In this document: positions 26,401 through 34,743 of the stretch, piece by piece | Layout of the letters: each line of letters opens with the position of its first letter | Position numbering within the stretch: position 1 is the first letter of the stretch | DNA from: a virus | Direction: 5' to 3' (one strand) | DNA: 64,000 nucleotides | Virus record (IMG/VR): IMGVR_UViG_3300028844_003474 | Location: 10,144-74,143 of that record | Notes under the pieces: generated by a model | What the model saw: the letters and a program-made list of their open reading frames with translations, nothing else | Database searches by the model: none | What the model was told of the DNA's origin: nothing | Program-made: the position numbers and the translations under genes

Positions 26401-29400
26401 AGACGTAAGTATCATAGATATGGAGACGAAATTGTTCAAGACGAGATTGAATATTTCCTTACGTTGCTGACAGAGCAGTTTTTTGCTCAAAATGGAGAAG
26501 GTTTTTCTAATGAGTTAACTGAAGTCATTCTATCATTTTTAAATGAAGACGGAATAGCACCCGGTACTCCTGCATTTAACTGGTTAATAAGCGCTCCTGT
26601 TAATCCTAATGGTTATGTCGGTATTGGGCAATATGCAATGCCCGGATCAGGAGTTTGGGCACAAAATAGTTCAGGATCTCCCGTAAGTCTGGAAATAACT
26701 GCAGATATGGGTGTCTATGATTTTGAATTTCCTTTAAGCACAGGTAATGAAGTTTATCTCGGATCAGCAGGTCCTGGAAGTGATGGAACTGGATACGGAG
26801 GACGTGCAGCAGTTGCAAGTCAATCATCTCAGAATTACACTCCTGCAGATCATTCTACAATAGTTGTACTTGACTATGTAAATGACAGTACGTATATGCC
26901 TTGGATCTTTTTACACCATCGATTTATGGACGATGCTACAAATGGTTCTGAGCAAATTTTTGAAGACAACCATAACTCTATGCCAAACTTTCCATGGGTC
27001 TTTACAGACTCTACTAAAGTTAGAGCTTCTAATTACGTTGAAGAATATGGTCCACACAATCAACAACCCTTGTATGTAAACATTCCTCAACCTCTAGATA
27101 CTAATGAAGGTGCTTGGTGCTTTATCCCTACTCTTTTTCAAGACACGGGATCTACTTGGTATGATGTAGAGTCTGGCAACATTTATAATAGACTTGGATT
27201 AGAGTTGTTTGATAGTAATGGGGATATTACTAACATCATTTATTTAGATGAAGGAGATACTCTGTGGATAAGGCATAATGATCCGTACGATTGGCCTATT
27301 AAAGGCAAAATGTATTTTACCAACTTATATGGAGACATTAATGGAGATGGTATAATTAATATTAATGACCTTATAGAGTTGTTTACATACTTTTTGTTAT
27401 GTGAGGATGAAGCTTCTGAAATTGCATATTTTGACGCAAATGGAGACGGGTGTATTACTACATCTGATTTCATAGTAGTCTTAGCAAACTTTGGAGGTAC
27501 TGTAGGTAGTGCTATTGGTGACTTTAGCGGAAGTGTATGGGATGAAGTAGGCCCTGAAAGATTGGCCTACAGTGGAAATAGATGGGATCACCCTGATTGG
27601 CCTACTGCAGACATTGAAGCAGCTTTTGTTGGAGGTACTTTCCCAAGTATCTATGAAATTGGAAACGTTAATGCTACAAAGATTTTAAATATGCCTGGAG
27701 AGAAAATTCAGGTGTTTAACAGCAGATTAAACAGTTTTATAGAAGGTCAAAACTCTATTCAACTGCCAACAACTGGAGGTCCTTACTTTATTGTTACAGA
27801 CAGAACAGTCTCATATTATGATGTAACTGAAGTTCCTGACGTTGTTACTGTAACTGCTACAGATGCTACTATTAGCGATGCTAACGGAGGTAAAACTGCA
27901 GTTCTTCCTTCTTTAGCTGCTGCATACGTTGGGGGCGCTAATCAGTTTTGGACAAACTTCTATGAAGACATGAAGACAATAGATGGAGGATTTGATGCAG
28001 ATAATGCTGATGCTCCTACGTTGGCTCAGGTTTATTACGGTATTAACTCTGGAGTAAGCGCTAATCCTCTTAATTTAAACAATGCTAAAGTTGAAGGTTT
28101 AATTGACATGTTTGGCGCAGGTGATGCTAGACATGGATATACTCTTGAATCTTCTATTGGCGTTCAAAATGACGATCGATGGACTAAAACTGCTACAGGA
28201 TACACCAACTTTAAGCTAAATAGAGATTATCCACTTTTTCAGCCTACTATGGTTCCTCTGGCTTACGCTTTACCTAGAGTTAGAAGTTCTAGAGACGAAG
28301 AGCAAATTTTACCAAGATTTGAAACACAGGCAAAAATAGATAGACTTTTTAACGACGGTATAGCTGAGAATTTTGATGAGTTTAGCGAACTTTCTGGAAG
28401 AAGAGAGCCTGGCGTTACAGAATGGGGAGGAGACATTAAAGTACATTATGATGTTCCTTTACATAATGGTGTATTAGCAATGTGTGATTTCATGACACTG
28501 CAAGATTATTTTGAATTTAAGATGTATGGAGTTAGTCCTAAGTTTGGACAAACTAATGCAGGTTCTTCAAATCCTAGAACTGTTACTGAAAGCTTTGGTA
28601 CCGTTTACAATACTGGAGCAGTTGAAGGTGTTCCTAACGCTCCTGGTATTGGATACGCTCCAAGCTTGTGTAACAATCTTGCAGATTACAGCAGTAATAT
28701 TGTAATTCCATTTTTAACTGCTAACATTGGAAATACCGTAGTATTACCTCAAGATCCTACGCCTGTTACTCAAGACGGAATTCAGCGTAATACTGATGAT
28801 GCAGGTCACCAAAACTGGTTTGGAAATTCTGCTGCATTTGTACATAACGGAAGTTTTGGACCGCTTGTATATGATTTTAATATGAATGGTACTTGGGATG
28901 CAGATGATTTGACTATTTGGAATAACTTGGTTACAGTATGGACTGACAATAATATCAGAGAAGGTCAAGAATCTTATTCTGATGCAAGTTATTACAGGCC
29001 TGCAACAGACGCTTTAAATGAAGCTGTTAACGTCATACATGACTATGAGGATGGAGGATCTTATTATGCTTCTTGGAATTTTAACAAATGGTTTGATGCT
29101 ACTGCTACTGCAGATCCATTCGGCTACGTTGACAACTGGCATGCTTGTTTAAACCAACCAGAATGGAATTTAAACCTAATAAACCTTGTAGAATTAACTA
29201 CAACTGCGTTTAAAGGAACAAGTGTTAAAGAAGATTCATTTTTGTACAACACTGATAGAACTGGATTTAATCCAAGTTTACTTGTTCCTACAGTCTTAAA
29301 CAATTATGGAAAAGTTGCTATAGGCGACTATGTACCCGCCGGAGATTTACTTGAATATCAAGTTGTACCAAGTAGTAATTACTTTCCAGTTACAATGTAT

Positions 29401-29412
29401 TGGCATCCTTGA
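23488..29412 (+). CDS. Very large secreted protein with dockerin-like repeats (probable paralog of the upstream gene)
   Basis: Signal MKYIKNTLISIFLIGASFGSHA|Q from the ATG at 23488; 'GDINGDGIININDLIELFTYF', 'FDANGDGCITTSDFIVVLANFG' and a third 'YDFNMNGTWDADDL'; acidic and rich in aromatic residues. Confidence 0.8.
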   Translation: MKYIKNTLISIFLIGASFGSHAQYAGQFSGVPINLESVPHLEYLIELGSIACTTAPSCVVNAMSFDNPGAVEALQGYSYVGTSDLIIQNSQHLSLCQGSAPNDPNGVTKIIPLNTMFEKGINIDRLWVGRQVTPVSIPQSHLIIDTQYDSLIVDEVWVPYGATLEIIGPNPLIVRKELHNRGTIICDENLLIPVTTDDPDAIKGFHALFEQKGEVIGRYSAEVMRNERPEFLNWDWVIENFGVQATFIDSLQMLGLDPYAIGLYEEIYESHLLEGDPWYMYKLELDGVEEVYNQFSMSGVPVKGVRFGGQYKDFARVALYKDASPRFPYKWQFPEETTLPTSYSFLSELGDEIAAIYMKQEDLNYYHNVVLNNAPEFFSSGSLNDYENYSDSYTTGEWERVSFMRPELTNEIGFSTGIRTRYQYGYDAETDTYIGEGNWWPWQYADGDPGYPDNVPLPWVDPETGALDYSIEQIAPEYLDKISYQDYRNLGTYVNGSAFTTIDTDLEEIFVSFEYCLSENIIHTLEGPEILPNTRLVNNPIAQGLDTVWTWRPGGCTDTIVSTYGLFDAAQSTNSGILWNFYLMNDPTQDNIWNLTEMMERDTTVAGYDSIYDYNWYYRNELEASQSIFNGWDIWFSKSPDVGPNSYREGSFFGDVETMGSNGNQIWENPIKSFIADTAGRFMPQLYGDAINWDSILAQNSYYGNINLAPKLDSWLPDIPELGYMMDFYPDSMRMDPVETNPAYAWWGADWVAPDHSTPQPFPTMSFQYVGGVQNTEWIDRYTGYSWMNTLDAYNDSRMTYHPQTFESDPIIPNLPPNNSEDHLISYKLPTATDWVYTYAPNGLLYEAQTWSECLEVNDTTFCINYFNGVNQAYDEWGISIENDLTSISNSAYDDADLEIAFNNYYTRRNRWGSLANPLHGYLDLDLVADRYFEDYPESNHLEFAWWNPQNTTGTSNTNPGNVLNGTRKYWRRKYHRYGDEIVQDEIEYFLTLLTEQFFAQNGEGFSNELTEVILSFLNEDGIAPGTPAFNWLISAPVNPNGYVGIGQYAMPGSGVWAQNSSGSPVSLEITADMGVYDFEFPLSTGNEVYLGSAGPGSDGTGYGGRAAVASQSSQNYTPADHSTIVVLDYVNDSTYMPWIFLHHRFMDDATNGSEQIFEDNHNSMPNFPWVFTDSTKVRASNYVEEYGPHNQQPLYVNIPQPLDTNEGAWCFIPTLFQDTGSTWYDVESGNIYNRLGLELFDSNGDITNIIYLDEGDTLWIRHNDPYDWPIKGKMYFTNLYGDINGDGIININDLIELFTYFLLCEDEASEIAYFDANGDGCITTSDFIVVLANFGGTVGSAIGDFSGSVWDEVGPERLAYSGNRWDHPDWPTADIEAAFVGGTFPSIYEIGNVNATKILNMPGEKIQVFNSRLNSFIEGQNSIQLPTTGGPYFIVTDRTVSYYDVTEVPDVVTVTATDATISDANGGKTAVLPSLAAAYVGGANQFWTNFYEDMKTIDGGFDADNADAPTLAQVYYGINSGVSANPLNLNNAKVEGLIDMFGAGDARHGYTLESSIGVQNDDRWTKTATGYTNFKLNRDYPLFQPTMVPLAYALPRVRSSRDEEQILPRFETQAKIDRLFNDGIAENFDEFSELSGRREPGVTEWGGDIKVHYDVPLHNGVLAMCDFMTLQDYFEFKMYGVSPKFGQTNAGSSNPRTVTESFGTVYNTGAVEGVPNAPGIGYAPSLCNNLADYSSNIVIPFLTANIGNTVVLPQDPTPVTQDGIQRNTDDAGHQNWFGNSAAFVHNGSFGPLVYDFNMNGTWDADDLTIWNNLVTVWTDNNIREGQESYSDASYYRPATDALNEAVNVIHDYEDGGSYYASWNFNKWFDATATADPFGYVDNWHACLNQPEWNLNLINLVELTTTAFKGTSVKEDSFLYNTDRTGFNPSLLVPTVLNNYGKVAIGDYVPAGDLLEYQVVPSSNYFPVTMYWHP

Positions 29413-29417
29413 TCATG

Positions 29418-29443
29418 AAATGAAACCCTGGCTATGATATAGC
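29418..29443 (+). promoter_or_regulatory. Repeated phage motif copy 5
   Basis: AAATGAAACCCTG-GCTA-TGATA-TAGC filling the 33-nt gap before the helicase gene. Confidence 0.65.
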
Positions 29444-29445
29444 AT

Positions 29446-30693
29446 ATGATGAAAGTAAACAGCAAAAAATTAAAAAGACAGAAAGAAGTATTACGTAAAT
29501 GGGTAGCAAATAAGTGTAAGGGCACGTTAGAAGCGTGTACAGGATTTGGCAAAACTTACACTGCAATATTAGCTATTCAAAAGACGAACGAGCAATATCC
29601 AGATTACAACATACTCGTTGTAGTGCCTACAAAGCACTTAAAGACGCAATGGAGTAATGAAATTAAGAACCACGGCCTCACTAATACTGAGGTCGTGGTC
29701 ATTAATACGGGTATTAAACAAGCGAGAAACTGTGATTTTTTAATTCTTGACGAGATACATAATTACGCTAGTTATGTATTTAGCAAAATATTTTCACTGG
29801 TTTCTTACAAATGGGTTTTAGGATTAACTGCAACTTTAGAAAGACGAGATCAAAGAGATGTTTTAATTAGAGATAAAGCGCCAGTTATTGATAGAATAAC
29901 ATTAACAGATGCTTTAAAAGAAGGTTATGTTTCAGAGTTTGTAACTTATAACGTACCGCTTATCCTTAGTGAAGCTCAGAGTAAAGATTACCAAGAGATG
30001 AGCAATGAGTTTAGTTTTTACTTTTCTAAGTTTGGTCATGACTTTGGTTCAGCAATGCACTGTCTTAAAAGCAAACCTGCTCGTGAAAACATAGCTAGAA
30101 AACAAGGAGTTACAGAAGGTCAAGTAATGGGATGGGCAGCTCAGTTTCAGAAAAACCTAGCTCGTAGAAAAAGTTATTTGTACAATCACCCTATTAAGCT
30201 AGAAGCAGCTGGTCGCATTGTAAACAGTGTGGATTTAAAGATGATAACTTTTAGCGAAAGCATAGATTTTACCAAAAAACTTACGGATATTACACATCCT
30301 TGGTCTGCCGCGTATCACGGCAAGATGGCTAAGTACCAAAGAGATGCAGTCCTTAAAGATTTTGAGGACGATAAGAGAGACATCAGAGTAATCAACGCAG
30401 CTAAAGCGTTAGACGAAGGATTAGATGTACCCGGAGTAGAAGTGGCGTTGATCTGTAGTGGTACCTCGGGGGGTAGGCAAAACATCCAACGCACAGGACG
30501 TGCAATTAGATTTCAAGAAGGGAAAAAAGCATTCATCATTAACTTGTATATAAAGAATACACAAGATGAAAAATGGTTGCGAAAAAGACAAGAAAAGAAC
30601 ACTAACACGGTGACTCTAGAAGGAGTTGATGATTTGCTTTACAAGATTGCAGGAATCGAATCAGATAGAGTCACATTTGACCTATTTCAATGA
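29446..30693 (+). CDS. Superfamily 2 helicase (DExH, XPB/ResIII-like)
   Basis: 'ACTGFGKT', 'VVVPT', 'LDEIH', 'GLTAT', 'LDEGLDVP' and 'QRTGRAIR'. Confidence 0.92.
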   Translation: MMKVNSKKLKRQKEVLRKWVANKCKGTLEACTGFGKTYTAILAIQKTNEQYPDYNILVVVPTKHLKTQWSNEIKNHGLTNTEVVVINTGIKQARNCDFLILDEIHNYASYVFSKIFSLVSYKWVLGLTATLERRDQRDVLIRDKAPVIDRITLTDALKEGYVSEFVTYNVPLILSEAQSKDYQEMSNEFSFYFSKFGHDFGSAMHCLKSKPARENIARKQGVTEGQVMGWAAQFQKNLARRKSYLYNHPIKLEAAGRIVNSVDLKMITFSESIDFTKKLTDITHPWSAAYHGKMAKYQRDAVLKDFEDDKRDIRVINAAKALDEGLDVPGVEVALICSGTSGGRQNIQRTGRAIRFQEGKKAFIINLYIKNTQDEKWLRKRQEKNTNTVTLEGVDDLLYKIAGIESDRVTFDLFQ

Positions 30694-31250
30694 CCATAGA
30701 TCTAACCCGTTTCGTAACATTTTTGCGAGATGCGAAAATAACACCAGGCCAGTACATATTTCTGGCTACTATGTATGAGAAGAAATACAATCTCATATAC
30801 ATGCTTAAAGAAATAAGAAAAAACATAGTTACTAAAGAAGAATTAGAGGATTTAATTGATCGGAAGTTCATATACAATTGGAATCCTGAGGGCAGTTATG
30901 CTCTTGATCAATATGAGGCTACACAAAAGTTTATAGACTTGTATGAAGGCAAAGCTGAATGGGTTTGTGCCGAGCAGTTTATAGATGCTTTTCCAAGATT
31001 CATAAACATAAACGGCAAGCAAGTGCCTGCTCGTAATTGTGATTTAGATGTACTTGAAAAAAACTATTATCGTAAGATAGTAAAAAGAGGTTTACACGAA
31101 GAAGTCATGAAACAACTACTATGGGCTGTAGGTAACCACAAGGTATCTATGGGTATAGAAAAATGGTTTGTGTCTCGACAGTGGGAAGCTATAGAAGAAA
31201 TGAGAAATTTTGAAAGCAATGTCAGCCTCCCAAGCGAACAGCAATTCTGA
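30690..31250 (+). CDS. Conserved replication-region protein (possible initiator or helicase loader)
   Basis: wHTH-like N-terminus and 'FIDAFP' C-terminal domain; located between the SF2 helicase and the DnaB-like helicase. Confidence 0.5.
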   Translation: MTIDLTRFVTFLRDAKITPGQYIFLATMYEKKYNLIYMLKEIRKNIVTKEELEDLIDRKFIYNWNPEGSYALDQYEATQKFIDLYEGKAEWVCAEQFIDAFPRFININGKQVPARNCDLDVLEKNYYRKIVKRGLHEEVMKQLLWAVGNHKVSMGIEKWFVSRQWEAIEEMRNFESNVSLPSEQQF

Positions 31251-32208
31251 AGGATTGCTAATTAAACAAATAGGTGCTTCGATAAAAGAAACTGAGCAAG
31301 AGATTTATTCATCAATGACAGGTGATCGTAAAATTATGCGATCGCGTTGGAACTCGTTGAATAGATATTTGCTTGGAGGATTTGAATTTGGGCAGACCTA
31401 CATGCTTTGTGGCGCTTCAGGCCATGGCAAGAGTTATATGCTTAACAACTTGTTGCAAGACTTTATTGACCCTACTATTCAAAAACATCGTTGTAAGATT
31501 TTACACTTTTGTTTTGAAATGAGCGCCAGCTCAGAAATCATTAGGAAATTAAGTAGCATTACTAGTATATCATATCGAGACATTCTTTCAGCAGATAAAA
31601 CTTTAGGTCAAGATGAGTTTGGAGTTATTCAAGAGAAGTTACAAGAGATTAAAGAACAGCCTATCTATTTTTGTGAAACGCCTGGCAATCGTGCAGATTT
31701 GTACAACACGATTAAAAAGATGCGTCAAAAGTTTCCTGACGACAACTTAGTTGTTACGCTAGACCATGCTTTACTGGTACAGCAAATGACAGGAGAAAAC
31801 GAAGTGCAAACTTTAGCAGAATTAGGTAAAATGTTTATTCAAATCCGCAAAGAGTTCAACACTTTAAATATTCTACTGTGTCAGTTAAACGACAAAATAG
31901 AATCTTCAATTCGTAGAGATCCAGGAGCAGCATCGTTGCACTTTCCTACTAAAACAGATATTCATGGTTCTAAACAGTTGTATCATGCTACTGACGTTTG
32001 TCTAGTAATGCATCAGCCTGCTTTATTAGGACTGGAAGTCTATGGTAGACAACATGTTCCAACTGTGACTGAAGATGGGCGTAACTTGATAGCAATGCAT
32101 GTGTTAAAAAACAGGCATGGTACTCAAGGGTACACTAGATTTGTGTCTGACCTGCATGCAGGTAGAATTACAGAATGGGTTGACACAAGAACACACATAA
32201 ATTTTTAA
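31210..32208 (+). CDS. dnaB: Replicative DnaB-like (SF4) helicase
   Basis: Walker A 'GASGHGKS', 'FEMS', 'VTLDH', 'LCQLN' and 'KNRHG'. Confidence 0.9.
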   Translation: MKAMSASQANSNSEGLLIKQIGASIKETEQEIYSSMTGDRKIMRSRWNSLNRYLLGGFEFGQTYMLCGASGHGKSYMLNNLLQDFIDPTIQKHRCKILHFCFEMSASSEIIRKLSSITSISYRDILSADKTLGQDEFGVIQEKLQEIKEQPIYFCETPGNRADLYNTIKKMRQKFPDDNLVVTLDHALLVQQMTGENEVQTLAELGKMFIQIRKEFNTLNILLCQLNDKIESSIRRDPGAASLHFPTKTDIHGSKQLYHATDVCLVMHQPALLGLEVYGRQHVPTVTEDGRNLIAMHVLKNRHGTQGYTRFVSDLHAGRITEWVDTRTHINF

Positions 32209-32210
32209 AA

Positions 32211-32879
32211 ATGGAACTACCTAGTAAAAAAACAAAAGCAGTAATTCAAGACCCTAAGTTTTTATTGCTTTATGGATCTCCCAAAGCGGGTAAGACTTCG
32301 ACACTGGCTAAGCTAGATAATTGTCTTATTATCGATACAGAACAGGGCACAGATTATGTAGAAGCATTAAAGGTTAACGTTAACAGTTTAACTGCTTATA
32401 CAGCGATGAGCAAAGCGTTTGCTGCTACTGATGTAAAGTATGATTACATTGCACTTGACACTATTGACAACTTAGCAACCTGGGTTGAACAATATGTATG
32501 CAAGCAAAATAATGTAGCTACTATTGGTGACATGGAGTATGGTAAAGGTTTTGCACTTGTACGTGAAGCTGTTATTAAAGCTATTATGAAGTTGCAAGAA
32601 TTTGCTACTAAGGGTATTATAGTTGTAGGTCACACTAAGACTAATACAATTATAGATGAGGATCACAACAAGGTTATTAATATGAATGAGCTAAACCTTA
32701 CAGGTAAGCTTAAGAATGAGTTAATGGCTAATGCAGATGCTATTGGATTTGTGTTTAGAGAAGAAGGCAAACTGAAGATTTCATTTAAAAGCGGAGAAGT
32801 TGCTACAACAGGTAGCCGCTGTCACCACTTAGCAGATCAGATTTTAGAATTTAATTGGAAAAATATTTATATCGACTAA
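32211..32879 (+). CDS. AAA_24/Sak4-like ATPase (ssDNA annealing)
   Basis: 'LLYGSPKAGKTS', 'IIDTEQG', 'IALDTI', 'YGKG', 'VVGH' and 'ADAIG'. Confidence 0.85.
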   Translation: MELPSKKTKAVIQDPKFLLLYGSPKAGKTSTLAKLDNCLIIDTEQGTDYVEALKVNVNSLTAYTAMSKAFAATDVKYDYIALDTIDNLATWVEQYVCKQNNVATIGDMEYGKGFALVREAVIKAIMKLQEFATKGIIVVGHTKTNTIIDEDHNKVINMNELNLTGKLKNELMANADAIGFVFREEGKLKISFKSGEVATTGSRCHHLADQILEFNWKNIYID

Positions 32880-33511
32880 TGTTTACAATAGACAACACAC
32901 CAATAAATCGGGGGTTTCAACCTATGCCTGCCGGTACTAACGAGAATGTAAAACTCGTAAGAGTTGCATACGAGCCCTTTAAAAATGACGGAACAGGCGA
33001 CAACGTCTTAAAGTTTGAATTTAAAGATGAGCAAAACAGGAGCTTTACACATAACGAATGGGAGATAAAACCTGATCGTATTAAGCAAAATGCTCAAGCT
33101 TGGAATACCGACTACAAAGAGCTTCTTGAAAAAGAACTTGCTAGTATGTCAGAACGCATTAAGCATATTATGGCTGCGTTTATGCCGTATGAAGACATTA
33201 AAGTTGCTGGTTCAACCTGGGCAGACTTTGCTAGAGCTATAATAGACAATCTTGGAGATCGGTTTGAAGACGTACCGGTTAGGATTAAGCTAATCTTGAA
33301 TAAAAAAGATTATTGTACGTTCCCTAAAAGAGCTATCAATGATTTTATTGTCAAGATGAGCGCTCCTAATACCTTTTCATACAATCCTAAATACGATCGT
33401 ATAGAACCGTTAGGTAAGACAGATTCTGATCTTAATGACATTTTAAACGGCACGCCTGCGCTTGAAGAGCCAATAGCAACACGTGCAGAAGACGATGATT
33501 TATCTTTTTAA
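32879..33511 (+). CDS. Putative single-stranded DNA-binding protein (DUF669-like)
   Basis: TAATG-coupled to the Sak4-like gene; acidic C-terminus 'AEDDDLSF'. Confidence 0.6.
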   Translation: MFTIDNTPINRGFQPMPAGTNENVKLVRVAYEPFKNDGTGDNVLKFEFKDEQNRSFTHNEWEIKPDRIKQNAQAWNTDYKELLEKELASMSERIKHIMAAFMPYEDIKVAGSTWADFARAIIDNLGDRFEDVPVRIKLILNKKDYCTFPKRAINDFIVKMSAPNTFSYNPKYDRIEPLGKTDSDLNDILNGTPALEEPIATRAEDDDLSF

Positions 33512-33562
33512 TTCGTTACACCGAAAGTGTAATGGAGTTTCGCTATAAGTGAAACCTTAGGT

Positions 33563-33592
33563 GAGGGGGGCTTTCGAGTCCCCCTCTACTTT
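33563..33592 (+). terminator. Intrinsic terminator
   Basis: GAGGGGGCT-TTCG-AGTCCCCCTC hairpin with a UUCG loop followed by ACTTTT. Confidence 0.7.
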
Positions 33593-33596
33593 TAAT

Positions 33597-33773
33597 ATGA
33601 ATTTAGAATTTCATCTTCACGGAAGATCTCCAGGATATTCTGCAGCTCCCCATAAACGATTTTATATGGGGTGCTACCAATCAAAATACGAGCTTATGCG
33701 CGCACACGCATGGTTCTCTAAATTTTATTATGACATGACTATTAAAACAGTTAGCTATGCTATACGAGATTAA
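33597..33773 (+). CDS. Small hypothetical protein
   Basis: The ATG at 33597 lies just after the terminator; overlaps the primase start. Confidence 0.45.
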   Translation: MNLEFHLHGRSPGYSAAPHKRFYMGCYQSKYELMRAHAWFSKFYYDMTIKTVSYAIRD

Positions 33774-34743
33774 ACAAAAGATTACAAAAGACTGGATATT
33801 AGAAAAAGTTAGTCAAGAGCAAGTAATGGAATACTATTTACACGTTCCTGTACAAACTCGAGTCAAGTTTAAATCGCCTTTACGTCAAGACAAAAATCCG
33901 TCTTGTTCCTTTTTCTACAGTAAACAAGGCAAACTCTACTTTAGAGATTTTTCTAATAACAAGAGCTTAGATTGTTTTGACGTTGCGTGTCAAGTAACCG
34001 ATCTGCCTTTTAAAGAAGTACTGGCTCAAGTGGTTTCTGATATGAATTTGCAAAGTGAATCTTTTATAGTTAAGAACTATGAGCATCTTAATGCAGCTAA
34101 AGAAGACGCTAAAAAAGATACTCAAATCACAATTGCTCCTTTATTAGACGAGGATCAGTGGGCTTTAGACGCTTACGGCAAGAATTTTTGGCTGGAATAC
34201 GGTATTACACCTAGTACTTTACGCAAGTTTAAAGTGTTTCAACTAAACATTGCTTACATAAACAACTCTCGAGTTTTTACATATAACGGAGTAGAACCTG
34301 CCTTTGCCTACTATTTTGAAGCGGGACTTTTCAAATTATATTTTCCACACTCCACAGGCACTAGGTTTATGCAAAATACAACGCATATTCAAGGCTTACA
34401 GCAACTGCCAAGTAAAGGAGACTTGTTAGTTATTACCAAAAGTCTAAAAGACGTAATGGTATTTAACGAATATCGTGTTCATGCAATTGCTCCTCAAAGT
34501 GAAAGTTACAGTTTTTCTGAAGAAGATGTCTTAGATTGGAGCAAACGGTTTAGTCGCATTGTTATTGTATACGACTTTGACTATACCGGAGTCACCAATG
34601 CTAATAAGTGGAGAAAGAAGTATAACTGGGAATACAAGTTTGTACAAGGAGCTAAAGACATTTCAGATTTGTACAAAAGCTCCCCTTATCATGCAGAACA
34701 ATGGATCAATTCTTTAAAACATGATAGTAATCGAGATACCTAA
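33757..34743 (+). CDS. DNA primase (crAss-type, Toprim)
   Basis: 'SPLRQDKNPSCSF...FRDF', 'ITKSLKDVM' and Toprim 'YDFDYTG...AKDISD'. Confidence 0.9.
   Translation: MLYEIKQKITKDWILEKVSQEQVMEYYLHVPVQTRVKFKSPLRQDKNPSCSFFYSKQGKLYFRDFSNNKSLDCFDVACQVTDLPFKEVLAQVVSDMNLQSESFIVKNYEHLNAAKEDAKKDTQITIAPLLDEDQWALDAYGKNFWLEYGITPSTLRKFKVFQLNIAYINNSRVFTYNGVEPAFAYYFEAGLFKLYFPHSTGTRFMQNTTHIQGLQQLPSKGDLLVITKSLKDVMVFNEYRVHAIAPQSESYSFSEEDVLDWSKRFSRIVIVYDFDYTGVTNANKWRKKYNWEYKFVQGAKDISDLYKSSPYHAEQWINSLKHDSNRDT

Noticed and set aside
20118-29412. Tail fibre or diversity-generating retroelement target
   Set aside because: The genes have signal peptides, lie in the replication block on the non-structural strand, and no reverse transcriptase or template repeat is visible.
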